DNA of 64,000 nt, from the NCBI GenBank assembly GCA_964511075.1, contig CAZEDM010000006.1:123255-187254 (forward strand). Direction: 5' to 3'. How positions within the stretch are numbered: the first letter of the stretch is position 1; each line of letters begins with the position of its first letter. Positions 27,261 to 36,864 of this stretch are shown piece after piece. This DNA comes from an uncultured Ignavibacteria bacterium. Lineage in GTDB: Bacteria > Zixibacteria > MSB-5A5 > RBG-16-43-9. The notes beneath the pieces were generated by a model that saw only the letters and a list, made by a program, of their open reading frames with translations, had not been told where the DNA came from and ran no database searches. A program made the translations under genes and the position numbers.

Positions 27261-28576
27261 CTAAGGTGGTTCAGTGTCCTTGAACCACTTCGGGGGCTCG
27301 ATACTTTCCTTTCGATAGAATTTTTCTAACCTTTGCCGGTTTTTCCCACCCGGCTTCAATCCCAGAAACTCAAGCGCATTTCCGCCGAGAAAACCATCTA
27401 TCTCATCATCCCTAAAAAGATCATCATGCTTAAACACCTCAAGGTATCCATCCTTGAAATTCTCAAAATTCTTTACCCGTTTTATGACATGCCAGTCGAT
27501 ACCGAACAGGATTTTCTTCTTTATATCAGGCCAGTGATCTTCAAAATCTCTTCTCATATCCCTGTAATCATTTTTGAACTTTTTCCTGTCGCTACCTGAT
27601 AAAACCCTGTGATGTGAAACATCGGTGTACAGATACTTGTACTGTAAAAGCATTTCGCAAATGTCTTTGACCCAACCTTTTCTCCCATGGTAACGATGTT
27701 CCTGGCACCAGCCAAAATGCGCCAGATTTAGATGAAGATCTTCAAATCTCTTTTGCGAAAGCACCTCGTGCCAGAATACGGCCTGACCGAAATCAAAGCT
27801 GGCATTGTGATACGATTCAATGCCGTACATACCGCAGTGGGTGGTGATGGGGACCTGGTTTTCGATGCAATAATCGTAAAGTTCCGACAGTACCTCATCG
27901 TATTCTTCGCCCTTGAATATATGGTATCCCCTTTTCCTGTGTAGCCCGATTCGCTCTCTCCTTTTATCCTCCACAGTTGCGTTGTTGAAGGGCTTATATC
28001 CCATTGAGTTGTATAGCTTCACCCCGATGAAGCCTTTGTTCTCGACAGCGTCTTTGACCAGCTGCAGGGAGCCTGACAACTCTGGCCTTCTATCGGGATT
28101 AAGCATATTTTTCCTGAAAGCAAGTTCTCGTGCCGGGCAGAATGGAACGAAGGGATGAATCCTCCCCTTATAGGGAATTATGATGTTCCTGTGAACGAAC
28201 TCTATCTGATCTACTATGGGGTTATCCGGAGAGTTTCTGAACCAGTATTCGAAGTCGATCATCAGCGGAACGTACAGGTCGATCTCGTCTTTCTGGAAAG
28301 AGTGTCCACCCATTTTCGATACTGCTTACCCATAGCCATATAAACGATTTTCAGGATGAACTTGCACAGGGTTTTGGACGCTTGTTTCTTTCTCTTCTTG
28401 GGAGACAGGCTGCTTCTAATGCATCTGGCTATCAAAATAATCATAATACGTCTTAAGCGCAGCTTACTTAAAATTTTCTCCATCAGTGTTATTGGGTCAC
28501 GTGAACTAAGATACCCTTTCAACGGGATATCCCTGGCATTGAAGATATGTGCATGGACGTCTATGACCGGTTTTAT
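27261..28576 (-). pseudogene. Amidohydrolase_2-like TIM-barrel metallohydrolase, disrupted
   Basis: IDVHAHIFN, GFIGVKLY, PITTHC, LNLAHFG, ILFGIDW; ATA at the expected start after AGGAGAGG; frame change near 28300. Confidence 0.75.
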
Positions 28577-28785
28577 CTTAACCTCTCCTGAAAGTTCTTG
28601 CCGATTAACTGTCTATTGCTCGAAAGACTGGTTTATCTACTTTAAACTCTATCCTTGTCGATTTTGCCAGGCAGTCCTATCGTAGCTACTTGACCTGCTT
28701 GACCGGACCTCTGCCTGAGCAACTGCTCTCTCTTATTCAGAAGCTGTTCTGTCTGGACCTGCTCCCGGCTGTGAAATTCCAGAGA

Positions 28786-30060
28786 TTAAAACTTTATATT
28801 ATAATCCTCGCTCAATTTCCTTCCAAATTTCTCTGTCGAATGCAGCTCGGTTTCCGAATTAAGGGCGCTGACTAAAGATTTCCTGGGCACTCCTGAATGG
28901 TGACCCTTCTTGGTCGAAAGCAGGGAGACCAGACGAGGTTTCTTCTTACTTCGGAACTTGAACAAGTTCCACAGAGATTTTGGGGTTGCGTTGGTGCTGC
29001 CGTGGTGGCCCACCTTATATAATAACACATCCTTCAGAGGTTTTTTTCGATCTTTATTCTCCAGCGTATACTGCCAGTTTTCCAGCTGGGCGTCTCCGGG
29101 GAAAAGCAGTGCCTTGTCCCCGATCTCAAAGAGCAGGATCACGCTGGTATTATTGAGCGCTGTATCGAGCTGGCGCACGATTCGCTGAACATTCTGCAGC
29201 TGGGCTGAGTCCAGTTTCTTAACCAGCCATTTCACGTAAGAGGGAGAACTTGCAACGCGGCTAACCGCGGCTCTGGGAAAGAGTGCTGATCTGCCTCTCT
29301 CGGTTGTAGGGTTAGCGCTGCTTCTGGCACCCAGCTGTTTATAAAGTTTCCAGAACTCCCCTTCATCCCACTGGGTTTGTGTGCGGATAGTCTTAGTCTG
29401 CGCCAGGGTTGGGGGACCAAGCACCGAAACCCGCACGCCCGGCAACAGCTTTTCTAAACCTGATTTGCTGCCGGCATAAACATAAGCATGCTTTTTGCAC
29501 ATCTTGTTTAACTGCAGGATTGCCTCTTTATTCTCGATATCCAGTGAAGCCAAACGGTTAATCTGGCTTCGGGTACGGGCGCCGGCTGCGGCCAAGATCT
29601 TATCCGAATGAACAACCAGATAACTCGCAAATTCCTGAGCGGCGCTCGGACTTTTGAGACGCCTGACTGCACCGGTAAACACTGTAGGAGGTTTGAGCGC
29701 CTTTTCTTTAGCCTTGGGATGCTCGGTCCAGGGCTGTATCACGATCTTGGGCTTCAATTTCCCTAATTTCTCATCCAGTCCCTTCAAACCGAAGGCGCTC
29801 AGGTGATCTTTATGCCGGTGTGTAACCACCACGGCATCGACATGCCCTTTACAATCTCCAATAAGCTGGTTTACTACTTTAGTCATATGATCTTTCTTCT
29901 CGGTGGTCGATCCGCAGTCGATCAAAACCCGCCGCTTTTCCCCGCCTGCATAGGAAAAAGTGAGCAGGAAACAGTCCCCAAAGCCAACATCGTACATTAT
30001 AACTTTTACCTGCTTGGGCTTTTTTGGCTGAACAGGCTTATTCCTTTTTTTCTTACTCAT
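28786..30060 (-). CDS. ComEC-like metallo-beta-lactamase-fold hydrolase
   Basis: DVGFGDC, IDCGS, THRHKDH, NNTS, FPGDAQ, KVGHHGS; ATG overlaps the upstream stop (ATGAGTAA). Confidence 0.85.
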   Translation of the reverse strand: MSKKKRNKPVQPKKPKQVKVIMYDVGFGDCFLLTFSYAGGEKRRVLIDCGSTTEKKDHMTKVVNQLIGDCKGHVDAVVVTHRHKDHLSAFGLKGLDEKLGKLKPKIVIQPWTEHPKAKEKALKPPTVFTGAVRRLKSPSAAQEFASYLVVHSDKILAAAGARTRSQINRLASLDIENKEAILQLNKMCKKHAYVYAGSKSGLEKLLPGVRVSVLGPPTLAQTKTIRTQTQWDEGEFWKLYKQLGARSSANPTTERGRSALFPRAAVSRVASSPSYVKWLVKKLDSAQLQNVQRIVRQLDTALNNTSVILLFEIGDKALLFPGDAQLENWQYTLENKDRKKPLKDVLLYKVGHHGSTNATPKSLWNLFKFRSKKKPRLVSLLSTKKGHHSGVPRKSLVSALNSETELHSTEKFGRKLSEDYNIKF

Positions 30061-31822
30061 CTTCCCACTCCTCCTTGGGTTCGATTCTTCCATCTCTCCT
30101 CATATGCATCCTAGCAAAACGCTGCCCTTCAGGAGAGCCGTCGGAAAATCCATAGCGCTTGCTTTTATCGCGAATCCCATGCTTCCACAGATATGCCAGC
30201 CGTTTGTTCTGACGTTCCGGATCATCGATCCTGTTGTGTATATGGTATTTTAAACGACCGAAATCGTCGAAGATAAGCACCCCGCCGCCGTTGAGCCGAA
30301 CCTGAGTATCGTCTGGCATCCCCTCTGGCTTTTCCATATCCTTACCTATGCTGCGTAACTGACCTGCCTGTACGTCGAGTGTCTGTCGGTATTCGGCTAC
30401 GGTCTCCTTCAAGGCGAAACCATCCGGTGCGATCCGCAGACAGGGTCGCAGGGATATAACCCAGGTATAGGCGTTCTCGAAAATTTTCAGCGGTTCCCTG
30501 TTTTCCCATAAAAACCTGAAGACCTCGTTTTTATCCTGCTGCAGGGATTCCCGGTGAACGCATTCGTAATCTAGGGACTTCTCCGATTCATCCGAGGGCT
30601 TTTTCCATATTCCCAATTCCGGCACTATATCTTTTAGCAATTGAGATTTAGTTCCTGAAGCTGGTTTAATTCTCCATCGATCGAACTCTTTCCTCAAGAC
30701 CTTGCGATACTCATATTTCCCGTCATCCGGAAGCAGCTCATAATCAGCAGTGAGAAGGGCTGACAGGAAATCTTCGAAAGTGATATCGACTACCGGGCAG
30801 TAATCCAAAGCCCGGATACACATCGTCAGCAGGTGATTTGCTGCATCACAACCATCCTCCACTACCCGGTCAGCAGCAACTTCTCCACCCTTGGCAGGCA
30901 GCCAGGACCTCAGCCGCTTTATCCAGACCTGGATGAAGCTGTTCAAAACCGCCGCGGACAGAATCTCCCCCCGGATATGAGACTCTTCGAAATCGGGAAT
31001 CTGTCTTGCATCCTCCCTGGGTTTGCGGCTAACTGCCCGGCGCAGACAATCGGCTCGATACCTGCTGGCTTTGCTGATCTCTTTACCAAACTGCTCAGCC
31101 AGACCGAAAAGCACGCTTTGGCGCAAATCCTCTGCCTTAAGTTTGCCTATCTGTATGGAATTACTTCCCGGCTTTTTACCGGGTAATAATGCTTTTACCA
31201 CGTCGCTCAACCCGAACACGGACAAAAGGGCGACCAAGTCCGCGAAGCCTTCATGGAAACCTGCCTGATCAGGACCGGAGGGAACGGTATACGTATCCCG
31301 AAGCCCGTCCAGCAGAGCGTGGGTTGCCTCATGCGCAACAACGTCGTGTGACAAACAGGTATAGACGATCTCTCCCTTAGTGACCGGAAAGTAGCCGAAA
31401 AACAGCCCCTGGGCATCCTCCGAGTAGTAGGCATTGGCATCGGCAAAGGCATGAGGCGCTACATGCAGTTGGTGGAACCCGAATCCCCAGGAGATGCGCC
31501 TGCCAAGTGCCGCCTCGAACCGCGAGAGCAGACGCATTATGATGGCGTAAACGTTCTGGGCGTGGAACCCGGGATCCTGGAGAAATTTATCATCCGGGGA
31601 ATTCTCGAACGGATCCTTCTCCTCGTTTATATAATTCCCGGGATCGAGCGGACGGTACAACACCTTCTGGGAGGAATCGTAGTCCACCACGTGCACCCTG
31701 TATCCGCGCGGTCCCGGACCCAGTTTTTCATAGGGGATGTCGACCCTGGCTTTTAGAATCTTCCCCTGCGAATCTTTGATAGACGGGTCCTGCGCAATAA
31801 TCGTCATCTTTCGGGTAATCAT
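30053..31822 (-). CDS. Cytoplasmic thermolysin/M4-like zinc metallopeptidase
   Basis: ANAYY; DVVAHEATH (HExxH); GFHEGFAD (third ligand); no signal peptide; AGGAGG RBS. Confidence 0.82.
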   Translation of the reverse strand: MITRKMTIIAQDPSIKDSQGKILKARVDIPYEKLGPGPRGYRVHVVDYDSSQKVLYRPLDPGNYINEEKDPFENSPDDKFLQDPGFHAQNVYAIIMRLLSRFEAALGRRISWGFGFHQLHVAPHAFADANAYYSEDAQGLFFGYFPVTKGEIVYTCLSHDVVAHEATHALLDGLRDTYTVPSGPDQAGFHEGFADLVALLSVFGLSDVVKALLPGKKPGSNSIQIGKLKAEDLRQSVLFGLAEQFGKEISKASRYRADCLRRAVSRKPREDARQIPDFEESHIRGEILSAAVLNSFIQVWIKRLRSWLPAKGGEVAADRVVEDGCDAANHLLTMCIRALDYCPVVDITFEDFLSALLTADYELLPDDGKYEYRKVLRKEFDRWRIKPASGTKSQLLKDIVPELGIWKKPSDESEKSLDYECVHRESLQQDKNEVFRFLWENREPLKIFENAYTWVISLRPCLRIAPDGFALKETVAEYRQTLDVQAGQLRSIGKDMEKPEGMPDDTQVRLNGGGVLIFDDFGRLKYHIHNRIDDPERQNKRLAYLWKHGIRDKSKRYGFSDGSPEGQRFARMHMRRDGRIEPKEEWEDE

Positions 31823-32112
31823 CTCATAGCCTCCTTGAGACAAGTTTATCTATATTAATGGAGTTACACCCATAATTATTTCCAGCCATTTGAAACCTTT
31901 TTTTGGTTTGAGAATTTTTAATATGATAAAAAAGTTTCGAACTGCTGTCAAGTTAAAAATTCATAAAGCTACGATATTTTATCAGCCCCAATAAATATAT
32001 CACCTTACATTACTTAAGTTTAATCTCTCTAAAATAGGAAAGGAGTATGACCGGACAACTGAGCAGGCAAGATTTTGTCAGGAGAGAAGATTAATTTAAA
32101 AAGGAAGGGTAT

Positions 32113-32409
32113 GAGAAAAGTAAGTCAACCATGTCTGAGGGCTGGTTGACAAACCTTTTCCATAATTCCCTCCCTTGATGGGAGGGATAAAGGGAGGGTG
32201 AAAAATTATCTGTTATTTCCCCCTCTCCCTAACCCTCTCCCACAAAGGGAGAGGGGATTTAACGTGCCTGACAGGTTTCTCGCCGGGTCAGGGGACCCGA
32301 CGAGCACAGTAAAAACGGTAGAACAGACATTCCTGTCTGTTCCTATATCTGGCAAAAAGTAGGTCAACTTTGCCCCGCTGAAAGCGGGACTGGCTGGCAA
32401 TTTATTTCT
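32113..32409 (+). repeat. 297-bp composite hairpin repeat, copy A
   Basis: Matches 33745..34041 with 4 mismatches by manual alignment. Confidence 0.95.
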
Positions 32410-32944
32410 AAGAAACAGCTTCTTTGATCGTTTTTCCACGTAAAAAGTAAATGATTACGACAAGAGGGGCAGCCCAAATAAGCGTAACCACGCCACCCAT
32501 TACTGCTCCAAACACTCCAAGCATAGGTGGGACTCCAGAAACCCCTTCCTGAATTGGAATTTTTGAGGACAGACTTACCCAAGAGATTACCCAGTAAATA
32601 CCAAAAACTACTGTAAATACTAAACTTAGCCAAGAAATTATTTCGAGTGCATTTCGAGCCCACTTACGGAGTTTTAAAAACTGGATGCCTGCTATTAGCA
32701 CAAATATAGCACCCGCAATTTCAAATAACGATATTAAAACATAATATTCAAAAATAATAGCTGGCGCCCGAAATTGATCAGGCAATTCCTCCGTTATAGG
32801 TGGAACATCTGCCTTCATTTGATTCATAAGTGAGAACATCATCAAACCCATTCCTCCCGACAAAATCATCAGAATAGCAGATACTATGAATGTCCATCCG
32901 ATCACGGTAATTGAGGTCGGTCGTTTTTTTGATATCTCATTCAC
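32408..32944 (-). CDS. Four-TM membrane protein of unknown function
   Basis: KRPTSITVIG N-terminus; G..LKLRKWAR; AGGAG RBS; GTG start. Confidence 0.8.
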   Translation of the reverse strand: MNEISKKRPTSITVIGWTFIVSAILMILSGGMGLMMFSLMNQMKADVPPITEELPDQFRAPAIIFEYYVLISLFEIAGAIFVLIAGIQFLKLRKWARNALEIISWLSLVFTVVFGIYWVISWVSLSSKIPIQEGVSGVPPMLGVFGAVMGGVVTLIWAAPLVVIIYFLRGKTIKEAVS

Positions 32945-32997
32945 AGTACACTCCTTTTTTCCAAAAGGTCGTTAAGGGAAGACAAACGTCACTCCTA

Positions 32998-33708
32998 TTA
33001 GTCGTTCAAATATCCATGTACATACGCCCAGCCATCTATCAGTTCCCATTTACCCTCTTGAGCATCAAGAGGATATTCCCCATTGGGATAATATAAAAAT
33101 AAAGCCATCTCATCTACCAGAGGGGGAATCACTAAAAGCACCCAAGAGTTTCCATGATAAACCTTCTCCGTATCCACCCCGGTTTCATATAAAAAACTTG
33201 GGCATGCTTTTATTCCAGTCGACGGTATCTCGTTCAGAAACTCTGGAACTAAATCAGTTAATTTTTCTGGAGGATGACCATACTTGTTTTCAAAGCTTTT
33301 AATTGCGTTAATGATTTGTTCCCCGGTTTGCGCGATACTCTCCATGGCACGGATTCTGTAGTTATCCCCCTTAGGTGATATCCAAAACCCTGCTACTGCT
33401 ACAAGGCAGAAAAAAAGTGCGGGGACTACAAAACAACGCAATTTTTTTACAAAAATAAGAACCGCCAATACAGGTATTGCCAAAAAGAAAGCTAACCATA
33501 TTAAGGTAACTAACATCAAAGCGAATAACCATCCGGTATCACTATCAGCCGCATAGGCACGATACATACAATACATTGCAAAAGATGACGCTCCTGCAGC
33601 AGCCAGCACCCCCAAGAGAAACCCTATAATTGAGCTTTTTATTCGCCTTGAGTCTCGATCAAGCAGTAATTGTTTAAACCACTGGCTCATATCTATTGAT
33701 ATCGCCAA
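32998..33708 (-). CDS. Membrane protein with a soluble C-terminal domain (pseudopilin-like motif)
   Basis: Three TM segments then AIKSF..KYGHPPEKLTDLVPEFL.EIP; start uncertain. Confidence 0.65.
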   Translation of the reverse strand: MAISIDMSQWFKQLLLDRDSRRIKSSIIGFLLGVLAAAGASSFAMYCMYRAYAADSDTGWLFALMLVTLIWLAFFLAIPVLAVLIFVKKLRCFVVPALFFCLVAVAGFWISPKGDNYRIRAMESIAQTGEQIINAIKSFENKYGHPPEKLTDLVPEFLNEIPSTGIKACPSFLYETGVDTEKVYHGNSWVLLVIPPLVDEMALFLYYPNGEYPLDAQEGKWELIDGWAYVHGYLND

Positions 33709-33744
33709 ACATTAGTTTGTCTATATAGATAAAATTTATGGATA

Positions 33745-34082
33745 GAGAAAAGTAAGTCAACCATGTCTGAGGGCTGGTTGACAAACCCTTTCCATAATTC
33801 CCTCCCTTGATGGGAGGGATAAAGGGAGGGTGAAAAATTATCTGTTATTTCCCCCTCTCCCTAACCCTCTCCCACAAAGGGAGAGGGGATTTAACGTGCC
33901 TGACAGGTTTCTCGCCGGGTCAGGGGACCCGACGAGCACAGTAAAAACGGTAGAACAGACATTCCTGTCTGTTCCTATATCTGGCAAAAAGCAGGTCAAC
34001 TTTGCCCCGCTGAAAGCGGGACTGGCTGACAATTCATTTCTTTATTTTTGTCAAGCAGTCCAATTTGACATGCTTGACCTAT
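33745..34082 (+). repeat. Composite hairpin repeat, copy B, ending in a complete inverted REP pair
   Basis: 297-bp match to copy A plus GTCAAGCAGTCC..GACATGCTTGACCTA. Confidence 0.95.
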
Positions 34083-34087
34083 ATAAC

Positions 34088-34726
34088 TTATGCTGTTGTG
34101 GCAACTTCTGTCTGGGACAGCAGCTTGCGATATACATAAGCGATAGCAACCATGGAAGTCGGAATAGTGGCGAACAAGCCAATTACCAGAGCGAGAAACC
34201 CAAGTATGTTAATACCCGCAATCAGCAGACCGAACAGGAATAAATCCCACTTGGCACCCATGGTGATGGAGGAGCTTCTTTTCAGGGCCTCGATCGGTCC
34301 TGTTCCTTTATCAACCAGGAAGTAGCCAAAAAACTGGAATTGGATTCCCCAGATAAAAGCAGGAATTATCAGCAAGATTATCCCTCCAAGTATAATCAAC
34401 CCATAAAGGATCGAGGCGCCCAGATATTTGAAAAACAGGGAATAGCAGGAGAAAAGATCGCCAATCTCGGCTTTCGTGCTGTCGGCGAACTTCAGGGCAA
34501 TTTTGATCAGCCCTATTTCCATTATCAGCTGCAAGACCGTCGAAGCTATGGATAAGAGAAAAGAGAGACCTGGCGCACCTTTTACCGTCAAAGCCTGGAG
34601 TATGCTGAGGATGATGAGTATCGAGCCCGCGAGTAATAAAAGGCCGATGAAAAAACCAAGGTTGTTTTTCATCGTATTCCACCCGAAACGTATTGCCTCA
34701 CCTTTGGAAAACTTTTTTGTTGCCAT
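34088..34726 (-). CDS. Integral membrane protein (DUF975-like)
   Basis: AIRFGW; GIILLIIP; G.IEALKRS...T.G.KWDLF. Confidence 0.8.
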   Translation of the reverse strand: MATKKFSKGEAIRFGWNTMKNNLGFFIGLLLLAGSILIILSILQALTVKGAPGLSFLLSIASTVLQLIMEIGLIKIALKFADSTKAEIGDLFSCYSLFFKYLGASILYGLIILGGIILLIIPAFIWGIQFQFFGYFLVDKGTGPIEALKRSSSITMGAKWDLFLFGLLIAGINILGFLALVIGLFATIPTSMVAIAYVYRKLLSQTEVATTA

Positions 34727-34750
34727 ACTTTATCCTCCTTTCAGCATTAA

Positions 34751-34843
34751 GCAGGTCAACCATGTCCCGCTGAAAACGGGGCTGATTGACAATCTATTTC
34801 TTTATTTTTTGTCAAGCAGTCCAATTGGACATGCTTGACCTAC
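34751..34843 (+). repeat. Inverted REP pair (REPIN-like), direct repeat of 33991..34082
   Basis: GCAGGTCAAC..CCCGCTGAAA.CGGG..TTGAC-spacer-GTCAAGCA..TGCTTGACCTAC. Confidence 0.9.
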
Positions 34844-34876
34844 AGCTACTATCTTCAGATATCTTACTAATGTCTT

Positions 34877-35509
34877 TTATTTAGCCCCCTCAACATTAGG
34901 CTTGTTTTCTTTTTCTACTATTGACAGCGTTGATATTACGTGATTTACTGCGTCCAAATAAGTGTCGAATTTCCTTCCCTGGGGCGCAACAAATGAAAGC
35001 TCAATTATCGTCCTGCTTAAAATCAGCTTGTATGTGCGGCCTCTACCCCCATTAGAGCGCTCTACGTCTTCTTCAACGGTTGGAAGGTTGGCCACGATAG
35101 TTTCTTTGATATGGTTAATCTTAGTCACATCTCCTGCATTCATTGCGTCTTCGTAAACTTTGTTTCGCTCATCAATCAATTCTGATGGTTGCACCTCTTC
35201 GGGCCTAACATACTTCGAGATTAGCAGAACGATTCCATCGTTATCACCTGCAATCATCGTAAACTCGATGAGATTCATGTCGTATGGTTTGAGTTCCTCC
35301 TCCATATAATTCTTCATCAATGCCACACGTTCTGCAGAATGTTCTTTCCAGCCTCTGGGATATTCGAACGAAATGCCCCATCTGTTAAACTGTGTATATA
35401 CATCAGAAGATGTTGATTTCTCTTGACTTCCGCAGCTAAAACATATAAGAAGAATAAATAGGGTTGCTATCAAGTATTTCACATTTCGGAGTGTTATATT
35501 ATTTGTCAT
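34877..35509 (-). CDS. Putative lipoprotein (PsbP-like fold possible)
   Basis: Hydrophobic signal ending ICFSC; GISFEYPRGW; AGGAGG RBS before ATG at 35509. Confidence 0.7.
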   Translation of the reverse strand: MTNNITLRNVKYLIATLFILLICFSCGSQEKSTSSDVYTQFNRWGISFEYPRGWKEHSAERVALMKNYMEEELKPYDMNLIEFTMIAGDNDGIVLLISKYVRPEEVQPSELIDERNKVYEDAMNAGDVTKINHIKETIVANLPTVEEDVERSNGGRGRTYKLILSRTIIELSFVAPQGRKFDTYLDAVNHVISTLSIVEKENKPNVEGAK

Positions 35510-35696
35510 CTCACTTCCTCCTTTTGGGGGATTGGTTTTGAAACAGGACATGAATTAATCTGTTCTAATAAAATCAGAGATAGGGATATTTTTAACTATC
35601 TAATCCTCCTTTTATTTATTTCTTTGTTCACTTATTTGCTTATTCTTTAGGAATTCTTCATACCGCCACGCGGATTAGCCCAACCTATAAATCACT

Positions 35697-36263
35697 TTAA
35701 ACCAGCGACCCCTCGACTCTGGCTTTTCTCAGGCAGTTATCGCAGAACTTCTCGGTCTTGCGGTCTGTCTCCATAAGCGAGTTGGAAAAATACATCACGC
35801 ATCTGGGATTGGGACAATGCTTGAACCCCATCAGGTGCCCTAACTCGTGCACTGCCTCCTTGGTCAGGCGTGCGAAATAAAGATTTTCTTCATCTACTGC
35901 CCCGTAGTTCTCCTGTTTCAGCCGGAAAAGAGATATAACCGCCACCTTGCTCAGGGGGTCTGCCTCCCCGAAGACGAAGTTCAATGAGGGGACGTATAAG
36001 TCCTCGTCAATCACCCCCAAGATCTTCTCCCTGGGGTTGGCTCTCAAAAGCTCCAGCTTGTTTAAGATAACCGTGGAGTAGTATTGCCCCCTTGCTTGAT
36101 TATAGGACTCCTGGGGAACTTTCACCCCCTGCAGGATATCCACTGCGGCATTGAAAACGGAGACTAAGGTGGTGGCTAATTTGTTCACCATCCCGTAGTC
36201 CACGTCCCCCAGGGGGATGATTACTATCTTGCTCTTGGTGCTGACGGCTTTTTTCTCGATCAT
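35697..36263 (-). CDS. Archaemetzincin (M54) zinc metalloprotease
   Basis: RGQY; LNFVFGEA; HELGHLMGFKHC...CVMYFSNS..ETDRK...FC..C. Confidence 0.9.
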   Translation of the reverse strand: MIEKKAVSTKSKIVIIPLGDVDYGMVNKLATTLVSVFNAAVDILQGVKVPQESYNQARGQYYSTVILNKLELLRANPREKILGVIDEDLYVPSLNFVFGEADPLSKVAVISLFRLKQENYGAVDEENLYFARLTKEAVHELGHLMGFKHCPNPRCVMYFSNSLMETDRKTEKFCDNCLRKARVEGSLV

Positions 36264-36401
36264 CTCCTTTTCTGCCTCGACAGTGTCTGCTTCTGTCTCT
36301 CTATTCTATCATAAGCTCAAACCGAAAAATGTCAATAACTTTTTTTGAGTTTTTTCGCACAATTTTAGGACTGTTGCCGATTTTTTCGGAATGAATCTTG
36401 C

Positions 36402-36806
36402 GTAGAAGCGGAATAAGGCGGACAGCCACGCGGTTCGACAGGCTCACCGTCCTGAGCCAAGTCGAAGGAAGGGCTGTCCCTACGTTAAAAACGAATTGAG
36501 AATCTTATAATTCCCTCCCTTGACGGGAGGGATAAAGGGAGGGTGAATTTTTCTGCTCCTTGTCGGGTCGGGGGACCCGATGAGCACAGTGAAAATTTTT
36601 TGGAGTGCGAACCTTTAGGTTTGCTTAAAAAGGTAAAGCTAAAGTTTTACACTCCACTAACAAAACTCAAGTGAACAGCATGACGTAGAAGTAGGTCAAC
36701 CATGTCCCGCTGAAAGCGGGATTGGTTGACAATTTATTATTGTGCCTGCCAGGTCCCCTGACCTGGCAGGGATCCTCATCGAATCAGGAGACCCGACGAA
36801 CACAAT
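36402..36806. repeat. Large cluster of modular and nested hairpin repeats
   Basis: Same modules as at 25.9, 32.1 and 33.7 kb in different order, plus a nested TTCGACAGGCTCA..CTGAGCCAAGTCGAAGG element. Confidence 0.85.
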
Positions 36807-36834
36807 AAAAAAAATCCCATCAGAGATGGGATTT
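36807..36834 (-). terminator. Intrinsic terminator
   Basis: AAATCCCATC-tct-GATGGGATTT followed by a T-tract on minus. Confidence 0.7.
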
Positions 36835-36864
36835 GCGTATTCTGATATATTTTCTTAGCGATTT

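Noticed and set aside
32206-34243. ORFs 32206..32439, 33838..34032 and 33830..34243
   Set aside because: They are translations of palindromic repeat DNA; the same applies to 25962..26342 and 47165..47369.
32113-34843. CRISPR array or classical integron
   Set aside because: Repeats are long composites separated by whole genes. No cas or intI gene is present, and the GTCAAC/GTTGAC hairpins are too short and lack canonical attC boxes.
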